Virus record (IMG/VR): IMGVR_UViG_3300046740_000431
Span: 1-64,000 of that record
Direction: 5' to 3' (one strand)
Length of the DNA stretch: 64,000 nucleotides
Origin: a virus
The translations under genes were made by a program, and so were the position numbers. The notes beneath the pieces were generated by a model that saw only the letters and a list, made by a program, of their open reading frames with translations, was not told where the DNA came from and made no database searches. Within the stretch, counting starts at the first letter, position 1; every line of letters begins with the position of its first letter. Shown here piece after piece: positions 9,193 through 18,223 of the stretch.

Positions 9193-10170
9193 TCAGGTGG
9201 TACGCGAGCGCACCCAGCGATCGTTCGTCCGCTCGACGTGAGCGGCCGTGACCGGGACGCGGCGTCCCTCCCATCTCCACCCAGGGATCCCCCAGCTCGC
9301 GCGCCACGGCACGAGAACCGCGCGATCGTTCGGCCGGTTCGGCGGGGACGCCCACTGCCTTCCTACCAGCGAGTCGCCGACGTCTTCGCCGTCCCGGCTG
9401 GTCGGCGGCTGCGTGAACATCCCGCCCGGCGGCGCCACCTGCCCATGCATCGCCTCGGAGTCGACGCCGACGCGGTCGTCCAGCGGGACGCCTTCGTCGG
9501 TCACATGCTCGGTCCACCTGGTCCACAGGTCGCCATCGAGCTCCTCGGCCTGCTGGTCGGCGGCCTCGCGAGCGCTGGCGCTGGCGGCGAACGACATCTC
9601 CGTGCGGACGATCCGCTCGGCGCCGTGCCACTCAAGGGCGCCGGCCTTGGCCACCCGGTCGATCGCCTGGCCCTGGCTCTCGCCGAGCGCCAGCGACTGG
9701 CCGAGCTCGCTCTCCATGCGCCGGACCACGCGCACCCCGTAGCGAGCCATCGTGGTCTCGTGCACCCGCATCACGCTCTCGACCTTGCCGGCCACCATGC
9801 CGCGGAGCCGGGCGCTCTGCAGGAGCGGGATCGGCCTGATGGCGCCGGTGAAGTGGCGGTCGAGGACGGCGGCGTCCTGCAGGAGCGTCCGCGCCGCGTG
9901 CAGTCCCACAACGTCGGCGCCGGTCTGCACGGACCCGGCGACATCACGCGCGAGCCGGGCGATCCCCATCCTCACCTGAGCCACCGCTCCCATCAGCCGC
10001 TGTGCGTCGAAGGTGCCCGAGGTGGCAGCGCCGAGCTTCCGCTCGAGGTCCCTGAGCATCTCCTCGTAGAGCCGGCGGACCGGGGCCACGCCTGCGATCT
10101 TGACCAGCTTCGCGAGCTGCTGCTGCTGGTCCACGATCACGGCGCGGTACGACGCTGGCATCGGCGGCAC
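9193..10170 (-). CDS. MuF / SPP1 gp7-like minor head protein lacking the usual Cys/His ligands
   Basis: AERIVRTEM, W...DDRV...AMHGQV and PPNRPNDRAVLVPW in place of PP.HPNCRC. Confidence 0.8.
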   Translation of the reverse strand: MPPMPASYRAVIVDQQQQLAKLVKIAGVAPVRRLYEEMLRDLERKLGAATSGTFDAQRLMGAVAQVRMGIARLARDVAGSVQTGADVVGLHAARTLLQDAAVLDRHFTGAIRPIPLLQSARLRGMVAGKVESVMRVHETTMARYGVRVVRRMESELGQSLALGESQGQAIDRVAKAGALEWHGAERIVRTEMSFAASASAREAADQQAEELDGDLWTRWTEHVTDEGVPLDDRVGVDSEAMHGQVAPPGGMFTQPPTSRDGEDVGDSLVGRQWASPPNRPNDRAVLVPWRASWGIPGWRWEGRRVPVTAAHVERTNDRWVRSRTT

Positions 10171-10179
10171 TTCGCCAGC

Positions 10180-10569
10180 CTACGGCACTGCCGCGACGAC
10201 GCCAACGATCGGGCTGTCGGCCCCCGGCCCCCGATCGATCTCCACGCACGCCCAGCTCGGCGCCTTCCTCGCGACCGCGCGTTCGAGGGCAGGCGCGCAC
10301 GAGCGACACGCGACCTTCGTGGCCCAGCGGACCGCCCAGCCCCTGGGCCCGCGGATCGGAGACACTCGGCCCATGCCGATCTCGAACATCACCGCCTCCC
10401 TGCTCTCCGTGGTCATGTCGGAGAGCAGGAGGAACACGTTGACCTTGAGGGCCGGCGGGGCGCCGCAGAACCCGCACTTCTCGCCGTACCAGGCGAGCTC
10501 GGCGTGGACCTGCTCCGCGGTCTCGCGGCCGTCGAAGTTGCGACGCCTGTGGATGACTTCACCAGCCAT
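10180..10569 (-). CDS. Zinc-finger protein
   Basis: CGFC...CRSC. Confidence 0.6.
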   Translation of the reverse strand: MAGEVIHRRRNFDGRETAEQVHAELAWYGEKCGFCGAPPALKVNVFLLLSDMTTESREAVMFEIGMGRVSPIRGPRGWAVRWATKVACRSCAPALERAVARKAPSWACVEIDRGPGADSPIVGVVAAVP

Positions 10570-10608
10570 AGCCGCAAAGTCTGGGTGCCGCGCGGCGGCG
10601 GCGCCAGG

Positions 10609-11148
10609 TCACGCCTCGTCGTACTCGACGTGGATGCCGTCGTCCTCGACCGCGTCGCGCGCCGCGTCTGCCACGGTCTCGTAGTTGCCCTCGTACCGCC
10701 CGCCGACGAGATCGGCAACATGGTGTAGTCGACCGAGCTTGAGGTGGCCCGGCGCCTCGATCTCGAGGCTGCCCTCGTAGGACCCGACTACGAGGTCGAC
10801 GACGGCGTCGGCTGCTGCGACATCCAGGATCACTGGTGACTCGCAGATCTTGACCTCGAAAGACGACTGGAGGCCGGGTGCCTCGGTCGGCACCGACGTG
10901 GGCTCGATCAAGACGCCGATCACAGGCTCGAAGATCTCCGCTGGGAGTTCGCGATCCACTACGCCTTCCTGCCCGGTCCCGTCGACCAGGACTGGAGCGG
11001 TCGGGATCTCGCCAGGCTTCGCCTCCGCCGCGAGCGCTCGCTCGGTGAGCTGCGACAGCGAGATCCCCCTGATCTTGGCGAGTTCTGATGCGCGCGCGAA
11101 CGCTGCGGAGCTGAGGGATACGCTTCTGCGTGTCTGCTTCTTTGCCAT
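10609..11148 (-). CDS. Ribbon-helix-helix DNA-binding protein with acidic tail
   Basis: RRSVSLSSAAFARASELAKIRGISLSQLTERAL. Confidence 0.65.
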   Translation of the reverse strand: MAKKQTRRSVSLSSAAFARASELAKIRGISLSQLTERALAAEAKPGEIPTAPVLVDGTGQEGVVDRELPAEIFEPVIGVLIEPTSVPTEAPGLQSSFEVKICESPVILDVAAADAVVDLVVGSYEGSLEIEAPGHLKLGRLHHVADLVGGRYEGNYETVADAARDAVEDDGIHVEYDEA

Positions 11149-11186
11149 TATTTCTTATCCAGCCTCGTTGTTGGTTCCGAACGCCA

Positions 11187-11468
11187 TCACCCACCAGACG
11201 CGATCAGGAGCTGCTCGAGCGCCCGCTCGGCGGAGATCCCCTGTTCGTCGCTCATCGCCCGCAGCCGGTCCGCCGCCGGACCGAGAATCACCAGCGGGGA
11301 TCCTGCGACGTTCTCGACCCTCGTGGCGGCGAGGGCGTGGACGAGCACCCACGAGCTGGTGTCTGCCTTCGCCGTCTTCGCCGCCGCGGTCACGAGATCC
11401 TTCTGGGCAGCCGAGCACACCACGGTGATCCTGGTGCGCTTGGCCGGGTCGCGGCGGGCGGCTGTCAC
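11187..11468 (-). CDS. RHH / DUF1778-like small regulator
   Basis: KRTRITVVCSAAQKDLVTAAAK...SSWVLVHAL; GTGA overlap with the upstream gene. Confidence 0.55.
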   Translation of the reverse strand: MTAARRDPAKRTRITVVCSAAQKDLVTAAAKTAKADTSSWVLVHALAATRVENVAGSPLVILGPAADRLRAMSDEQGISAERALEQLLIASGG

Positions 11469-11836
11469 GCGTTGGCCGCCCGGTAGCTGTGCTGGGCCTG
11501 GGTGCGCGGCTGGCTGACCCACCGGCCGGCGAGATCCCGGCGCTCCGGCCCGCCGTCCACGATCAGGTCGTAGACCGCCTTGGCGATCTCGGCGGGCGGC
11601 GGGTCGCCGATCCAGCGAAGGCTCACCACGTGAGCTCCCCACCTGGGCTCGCCGTAACCGCACCCGGTGGCGACCTTCAGGATCGCGGCGCCGCGGACTC
11701 CGGCTCCGAGCGGTCCGCTGTGGTCATCCCACGTCGCGACGACCATGCCGATCCACGACCTCATCGGGTCGAGAGGAGACGACGGGTCGGGCTCAGCCCG
11801 ATCGATCGATCCCGTGATGCGAAGTGATGTACTCAT
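11465..11836 (-). CDS. Hypothetical protein
   Basis: TTGACC-N17-CATAAC promoter-like sequence just upstream. Confidence 0.5.
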   Translation of the reverse strand: MSTSLRITGSIDRAEPDPSSPLDPMRSWIGMVVATWDDHSGPLGAGVRGAAILKVATGCGYGEPRWGAHVVSLRWIGDPPPAEIAKAVYDLIVDGGPERRDLAGRWVSQPRTQAQHSYRAANA

Positions 11837-12004
11837 GGTGTGCACGGTTATGTGCGCCAGCGCGTGCGCGGTCAAGCGGTTTCGCGTCCACCAGGCTCGA
11901 GGCCAAGGTCCGGTTTGACGTTGGCCACGTCGCACTCAGCGGTGCCGCGCTGCGCACCGCACGCCGCCCTGACCTCGAGCCCGGTAGACGCGAACGCTGG
12001 ACTC

Positions 12005-14328
12005 CTACTCTCGAGAGAGCAGCCGGTCGATGGCGTCGCACACGGGCTCCCACGTCGTCCCGGCCACCGCCCCTCCCACGCGCTCGGCGAGCACGGCACG
12101 GTGGGCCGCGAAGATCGCGCGATCCGCCTGGTCCACCGCGGCGCGCGCCGACAGCGCTATGACGGCCCTGGCAAACCGGCCCGTCGTGTCGGCCCGCAGC
12201 GGAGGAGAGTCGCCGCCTGCCACGTGAGCCTTGGCCAGGTCGATCACCGCGGCGAGATCGTCGAGCTCGGCCGTCGAGGTTGCGGGCGGCGCGACGAACT
12301 TCCTCAGGCCGTCGAACCCGCGCGGCGTGATCCGCAGTGACTTGCCAGGATCACCGGCCGACTGGCCGACCCATTCCGCGCATCCTCGCGCGACCAGATC
12401 GTGGAAGTCCGGCTTGCAGAACGGGTTTTTGCTCATGCTGGAGATCGGCTCGTTGCCGGCGGAGATGTCGGCCGCGGCGACCGCACCGATCATGGCGGGC
12501 ACGACGTCCTGCCACACATCGCCGTTGGCCTGACAAACGCGCACGATCAGCGCGGCGGCGACCTCGGCTTCGGTCCTGCCCATCGTCCCGACGAGCGGGG
12601 GGAACGAGGCGCACATGTTCACGTCGGAAGGTTTGAATCCTGGTTCGGTCACGGTACCTCCACAGTTCTGGCTTGCTCCATCATGTCTGCGATCTTGTTG
12701 AGTTCTTCGTTTGAGACCTTGCCGGACATGATGACCTCCGACATGGCCCGCGCGATCCCGGCGTAGCGCCGGATGGTGACGCACAGCGCGAGCGTCACCG
12801 GCGGGGTCACTGCGCCGCCGGACAGCTCGCACGCGGCGAGAACATCCATGAGATCTCTCCTCATCGTCTCCCCCGTGGCTTCGCGCGCTGGGTCAGGTAG
12901 TGGGTGGTCGCCTGGCGGATCTGCTCGGCGGCGCGGGCGGTGGCATCCCGGATCCACCCTGCCGTGAACGCTTCAACGAAGAAGTCGATCGCCTCCTCGC
13001 TGTGACCAATCATTGCCGCAGCGTGCTCGCCGGCCTTCTGCCTGGCATCCTTGTCCGCCCCGGCGAGCTCGTCGGCGATGGCCAGGAACGCCCGCGCGGC
13101 CGCGTCGCGCTCGCGGTTCTTCACGCGGACCTCGATGGCCCGCGCTGCTCGCCGATCTCGAAGCCGACGATCGTCGACCAGTGCCTGTCGGTGACCGCGT
13201 CGTCGAAGTCGTCGACCGCCTCGGGAACCGCGCGCGTCTCGCGCTCCCAGGCGACGATCCACGAGATCGCGGCGGATCTGCCGGCGGCGAAGGCGGCGAC
13301 ATCGCCGGTGTGGTCGAGCGCGCCGGCCATCCCGAGCCCGCGCTCGAGGTAGCTCGCTGCGACGTTCGCTTGCTCGAGGCAGGCGAGGATCTGGCTCGGC
13401 GTACCGAAGGGGCCAGCTGGCATATGGGTGGATTGGTTCATGGTCTTGTCTCGTCCACGACCGCGTCGTCGCGATCGTGTGGCAGGTGCCCATCCTCGCG
13501 GAACCATGATGCCCCGCTGTGACTGTACCTATGTGCGTAGAACCAGGCTCGCTGGGCATCTGTGGCCCGGCCGCCGAGCTTCACGACCCAGCCGTACCGG
13601 TACGGAGCGTGCGGAGGGTTTCCGCTCATCTTGACGTGACGGAACAGCGAAGGATCCACGGGCGTCCGCGCCACGGCTACCTCCCTACCTTCGCTCGATC
13701 GCACGCGGCCACCGCGGCCCGCTGCGCCTCCGGCGTGAGCGCCGTCCACGACATCCCGATCGCCTCGATCGCCGCGCGCGCGACCCGAGCCTCGAACTCG
13801 CTCGGGGCCAGCGGCTCACCGCCGGGTCCGCACGCCTTGCAGTCGAGCTTGACGCCGTCGCGGTCGATCGTGCAGCGGCCGATGCACGCGTGGCCCGGAT
13901 CGCCCGCATTGGCATGCGCGCAGTGGGCGCGGCGCAATGCCTCCGCGAACGGCGCGGCAGGTAGACCGATCGGGCTACCCACGGCTGGCCACCGTTGCGC
14001 TGGCGTTGATGGCGGCGGCGATGCGAGCTCTGGCCTCGGGTGCCGGGTCTCCGCTCAGCGCAGCGTCACACGCCAGCGCGAGCGTGATGTCGACGATCTG
14101 GAGCGAACCTGGCAGGCGAGCGATGTTGTCGCGGGCGTACGTGATCTGCTCGTGGGTCAGCTCGTTGGTCAGGTTCTCGTCGGTGACATCGCTGTCGGGG
14201 CACCCGGCCTTGTGGTAGCCGACCCCGCCGCATTCGCACGGGGTCAGGCTGACGCCGCACGTCGAGCAGCACCCGGTGCCGTCGTCGGTGCAGATCGCCC
14301 CGGCAGCGGATGCGTGGTCGGTGGTCAC
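12005..14328 (-). other. Operon of ~7 small coupled hypothetical genes (12005-12652, 12649-12864, 12861-13124, 13121-13441, 13438-~13675, 13677-13982, 13975-14328)
   Basis: Successive ATGA/GTGA stop-start overlaps; several Cys-rich. Confidence 0.65.
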
Positions 14329-14813
14329 GCTGCCGCCTTGACGGCTTGCGCTGCTGCCGTGGCGTCGATCTGCGCGATGGCGATCCGCTCGGCCGCCCAG
14401 CGCGTCCCGATGGCCGTGTTGTTGTGGAGGCTGAACCCGGGGCCGCGCATCGTCCAGCGCTCGCCACTGCGGTCCGCGCTGAAGCCGCCCGGGATCTCGA
14501 CCCAGAAGCCGTCCAGCGCAGCGGCGTTCAGGATCTCCTGCACCTGGGCGGCAACCGGAGCGACGACCGAGTCGACGTAGTTCACGTCGATGAAGGTGTT
14601 CCCGCCCAGGAGGATCTCCCCGGTCGCCTGGCAGCGGTCGATGTTCTCGAAGCTGGCCGCGATGGCCTTGACCGCGGCGATCGACACCGCGGCGTCGCGG
14701 ATGGTCACGCGGAGCGTGTTGTTGTCGAGTCGCACGGTGACGCGGCGCGCGCTGTAGCCCGACGCCTTGATGGCCGCGCGGAGGGTGTCTGCCTTGTTCA
14801 TCGTGTTTGCCAT
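14325..14813 (-). CDS. Conserved-looking phage early hypothetical protein
   Basis: LRVTIRD..V....VKAIA..FENIDRC..TGEILLGGNTF; first gene behind repeat promoter A. Confidence 0.7.
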   Translation of the reverse strand: MANTMNKADTLRAAIKASGYSARRVTVRLDNNTLRVTIRDAAVSIAAVKAIAASFENIDRCQATGEILLGGNTFIDVNYVDSVVAPVAAQVQEILNAAALDGFWVEIPGGFSADRSGERWTMRGPGFSLHNNTAIGTRWAAERIAIAQIDATAAAQAVKAAA

Positions 14814-14878
14814 GTCCTGAATATACGTCCCTTGACCGTGAAATATCAGGTACTGGTGGGGTACGGGTGGGGTAGCGG
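14814..14878 (-). promoter_or_regulatory. Repeat promoter A (3 x 11-bp TACCCC units, -10 TATATT, leaderless)
   Basis: CCGCTACCCCA CCCGTACCCCA CCAGTACCTGA-N20-TATATT-CAGGAC-ATG. Confidence 0.75.
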
Positions 14879-14910
14879 CTGGTTTCGCTTAGTTGCGATG
14901 GCGGACCTCG

Positions 14911-16224
14911 TCACTCGAGCGACGGACACGCACCTGTGTCGTCGTGGTCCACCAGCGGTCGCTCGCAGCGCTGGCACAGCCGCATCGCCCGCAGCGTGTT
15001 CCGCAGCGTGTTCTCGGATGGCGTGTGCGCGCCCATAATGGCGCGGCACTCCCCGGACAGCCGCTTCGCCGTCGCAACAAGCTCAGGCGTGGACATCGCT
15101 TCGAGGTGCATCCGCACGTTGCGCTGGTGCTCGCCTTCGTCGCTCGTCCGGTACACGGCGAGATCCGTCGGAGGACAGGCGCGCGGATTGGCGGCAAACG
15201 CCTGATGCGCGTGCTCGGCCTCTGGCCGATGACATCTGGTGCAGATTCCGCCAGCGCCTGCGGTGTAGACGCTGGTCACTTTCCTCCTCCGCATCGCCCG
15301 GCGAGGCAGTCGGCGGCGAACCCGAGCCGCGTGCACGAGGCACATGCGTACCCACGGAGACCGAGGCCGTCGGAGATAGCAGGTGCGGTGACGAGCGGGA
15401 ACGAATTTGCGCAGATCTCCTCGACGCACGTCGCCCTCGAGAAGTCGCACCTCGCGTGCCCGTGCTCGCCGAGCGCGCGGTGACACCGGCCGACCGTCAC
15501 GGTTGCCGCGTTGAGCAGGTCGCTCCCCGCCGGCGCCGATCGCGCGGTGGCGGACGCGGCATCCCGCAGCTCGCGGATCTGCTCGTCCGTCACGGTAGCC
15601 GCCAGCGCCATGCGCGCGCAGAAGGTCTCGGCGAGCGTCGCCCTGGCCGACCAGACCTCGTCCTCGGTCCACGCCCGGTGGTCGGGCGGCAGCGTCTCGC
15701 CGAGCGCGATGCACATGTCCCTGGCGGTGGCCATGCCGCGCGAGCCGGCGCGGACCCACGCGTCGATCATCTCCTTGTTCACGTCGGCGGCGGTGATCAT
15801 TGCGGGATCCTCTCTACGGCGCGGTACAGGTTACCGAGCTTGGCACCGAGCACCTCGGCCGCGCGGCGCGCCTCGAGCGCCGCCTGGGCGACGTCGTGGC
15901 CCGTTCCGACGATCGCGGTGATCTCGTTGGTCGCCGTGGTTAGCTTGGCCACGGCGTCCTCGACGAGCGCCTTGGCGAGGGTGGCGCCGGCCAGTTTCTG
16001 CGCGGGCGTGGTCACGCCGACGCCTCGGGCTTGGGCTGCCTGGGCGTGATGCAGAGCGCCTTGGTGATGGCGTCGAGCTGGTGGCAGACGCGGACGATCT
16101 TCTCGTGGTGGAGGTCGAGCGCCTCGGGCGCGACGAACGCGGACTCCTCGCAGAGCGAGACGATCTTGGCGGCGGAGGTGCGGGCGGTTGCCCAATCGAT
16201 CTGGCTGGAGTTCTCGAGCTTCAT
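14911..16224 (-). other. Four coupled hypothetical genes (14911-15279, 15276-15800, 15797-16015, 16012-16224)
   Basis: Stop-start overlaps; two are Cys-rich. Confidence 0.6.
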
Positions 16225-16260
16225 GGTGATCCCTTTGGTGGATGGTCGTGCTGGATCGCT

Positions 16261-16336
16261 TGGCACCCCGGGCAGGATTTGAACCTGCGTCCCTCCGCTT
16301 AGAAGTCGGCCGCTCTGTCCGCTGAGCTACCGGGGT
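16261..16336 (-). tRNA. tRNA-Arg(UCU) with a mismatched anticodon stem
   Basis: ACCCCGG TA GCTC AGCGGACA GAGC G GCCGA CTTCTAA GCGGA GGGAC GCAGG TTCAAAT CCTGC CCGGGGT G CCA; A20 and G73 are Arg determinants. Confidence 0.85.
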
Positions 16337-16424
16337 AGGTGAGGCCGCCAGCCTCTGATCAATGAGCCACGACAGGCCGTCGCAGGGTCTCCCTGCGCTC
16401 TCCTCTCGGCTGGCGACCTCGAGC

Positions 16425-17117
16425 TTACGGCGTCCAGTCGGCCGGCGTCTTGACGCGCGGGCCTGGAAGATCGGCGGAGTCGTCGCGGCCGAGCACCATC
16501 GATCCGATCCTGCGCTCCGTCGACGTCTCGCCGGAGGCGACAGGATCGCTGGGGGTGAGCGCGCGGATCTCGGCGCGCGCCGCGTTGCGCTCGCGTAGCG
16601 CCTCCATCAGCTCCGCGCGGATCGGCGCGACGACGGTGCGGTACATCGCCGACATCAGCGAGGTCGCCGGGGCCAGCCCGGTCGCCCCGATCACCCGGCC
16701 GGCGGCGTCCCTGACCTGACCGACCGGCACGAGGAGATCCTCGATGCCGCGGCCGGCGGCGAGCGCGCCGATCACGGTGACGATCGAGACGATCGAGAAG
16801 CTGCTGACCCCGAACATCTGATCGGCGGGCGACAAAGGCGGCAGACCCTCGACGCCGACGTAGGCGATCTCGTCGATGATCCCGAGGCGCGAGAACGTCA
16901 GGGAGTTCTCGTACTGGCCCTGGCCGTCGCTGCGGGTCATGGCCATGTCGCCGCCGTCGGGCCCCTCGGTGGCCCGCGGCAGCGCCTCGGTGGCGCACGC
17001 CGGGTAGGTGACCACGTACGGCTCGCGGTCGGCAGGCGCGCCGGTGTCGCTCGGTCGCGTGCGGTGGATGGTGACGGGATGCGGGGTGAGGTTCGTGATC
17101 GTAATGGTCAAGGTCAT
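16425..17117 (-). CDS. NLTPH-motif (YddF-like) phage protein
   Basis: NLTPHPVTI...GLP...IVS...DLLVP..VRDAAGRVIG. Confidence 0.6.
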   Translation of the reverse strand: MTLTITITNLTPHPVTIHRTRPSDTGAPADREPYVVTYPACATEALPRATEGPDGGDMAMTRSDGQGQYENSLTFSRLGIIDEIAYVGVEGLPPLSPADQMFGVSSFSIVSIVTVIGALAAGRGIEDLLVPVGQVRDAAGRVIGATGLAPATSLMSAMYRTVVAPIRAELMEALRERNAARAEIRALTPSDPVASGETSTERRIGSMVLGRDDSADLPGPRVKTPADWTP

Positions 17118-17185
17118 GTCCTGTCAGGTGATGGCGTGGTGCCGCTGGTCTACAGCGGCTCAAAGGGGCCGGCCTCGGGCCGGTG

Positions 17186-17455
17186 CTACAGGTCTTCGTG
17201 GATCGCGTCCATCTCCCGGTCGGCGTTCGCGAACGTCGCGTGGCGGGTCGCGCTGGCCTGGCCGTCGATCGACGTGACGCAGTAGAACGCGCCTGTCGCC
17301 TCGACGATGGCGCCGCGGTCCGTCATGCGGCGCCCGCCGTGCCAGTGCCACGCGTCCTCGGCGTCGAGCAGATCGACCAGCGGCTGGGCCACCGAGTCGT
17401 CGTCTCCGAGCTGGTCGAGCACGGCGTCGACCTTGCCGCGGAGCTCGGCGTTCAC
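17186..17455 (-). CDS. Hypothetical protein
   Basis: GTGA overlap with the upstream gene. Confidence 0.55.
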   Translation of the reverse strand: MNAELRGKVDAVLDQLGDDDSVAQPLVDLLDAEDAWHWHGGRRMTDRGAIVEATGAFYCVTSIDGQASATRHATFANADREMDAIHEDL

Positions 17456-17919
17456 GGCATGCCCGCGAGCGCGAGGATCTCGAGGCCGACCACGAGCAGC
17501 GCGTTGGCGGGCAGGTACATGGCCAGGGTGTCATCGGCCCAGGCATCGATCGAGTCCCCGGCCGGCTCGAGGCCGTCGACGCCGGCTGCGGTGTTGCGCG
17601 GCTTCGCGCTCCAGCACGTGGGACCGGCGTAGCCCGGCATCTCGACGCGCGCGCTGACGGTGATCGCGCCGTCCTCGTACTCGGTCGAGATCTCGCCGAT
17701 CAGCACGGGGATCTCGCTGATCGAGTAGGTCGTGCTGGGGTCCAGCTGGTACTCGGCGATCGACTCGTCCAGATCCTCGAGAGCCGCATCGGCGGCGTCC
17801 CGGGCGGTGTAGGTCACACCGTACGTCTCGCCGAGTACCTCGGCCTGGCTGCAGTCGATGGTCTGGCCGTCGCGCGTGGCGGACGCCCTGATTCGGTAGA
17901 GCGTGATCGTCGTGGTCAT
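17452..17919 (-). CDS. Acidic hypothetical protein
   Basis: First gene behind the leftward sigma54-like promoter. Confidence 0.65.
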   Translation of the reverse strand: MTTTITLYRIRASATRDGQTIDCSQAEVLGETYGVTYTARDAADAALEDLDESIAEYQLDPSTTYSISEIPVLIGEISTEYEDGAITVSARVEMPGYAGPTCWSAKPRNTAAGVDGLEPAGDSIDAWADDTLAMYLPANALLVVGLEILALAGMP

Positions 17920-17932
17920 GCCTCGACTCTAC

Positions 17933-17948
17933 TGCTCGAGTCGTGCCA
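17933..17948 (-). promoter_or_regulatory. Sigma54-type -24/-12 promoter (leftward)
   Basis: TGGCACG-ACTC-GAGCA; 29 nt from motif start to ATG 17919. Confidence 0.65.
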
Positions 17949-18194
17949 GTCCAGCCGATCTCTCAACTCCTCGATCTTCATCGGTGCAGATCGCTGACTC
18001 CATCAGATTTCTGAGTCGGCGTTCCTCTGCGATGACCGGGATCCAACCTATCAGCTCGCCAGATCTTCCTGTCAGCACGGCTACTTGGGTATGACCATCA
18101 GGAATCCATGTCGGTCTCGCGGAAGTTCACGAATTTCTGAGGATGATCTGCGCGTGGATCAATAGTGATCAGCAGGTTACGGCGTCGGGGTCCG

Positions 18195-18210
18195 TGGCAC
18201 GTCACGTGTA
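18195..18210 (+). promoter_or_regulatory. Sigma54-type promoter (rightward, -12 variant GT)
   Basis: TGGCACG-TCAC-GTGTA; 29 nt to ATG 18224. Confidence 0.55.
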
Positions 18211-18223
18211 TCAGAAGAATACC

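Noticed and set aside
16290-16310. Amber-suppressor (CUA) reading of the 16.3-kb tRNA and genome recoding
   Set aside because: Arm spacing places UCU at 34-36, A20/G73 fit Arg, and TAG is used as a normal stop in several genes.
16261-16336. tRNA genes as prophage attachment sites
   Set aside because: No integrase, no duplicated tRNA 3' end, and phage genes continue on both sides of each tRNA.
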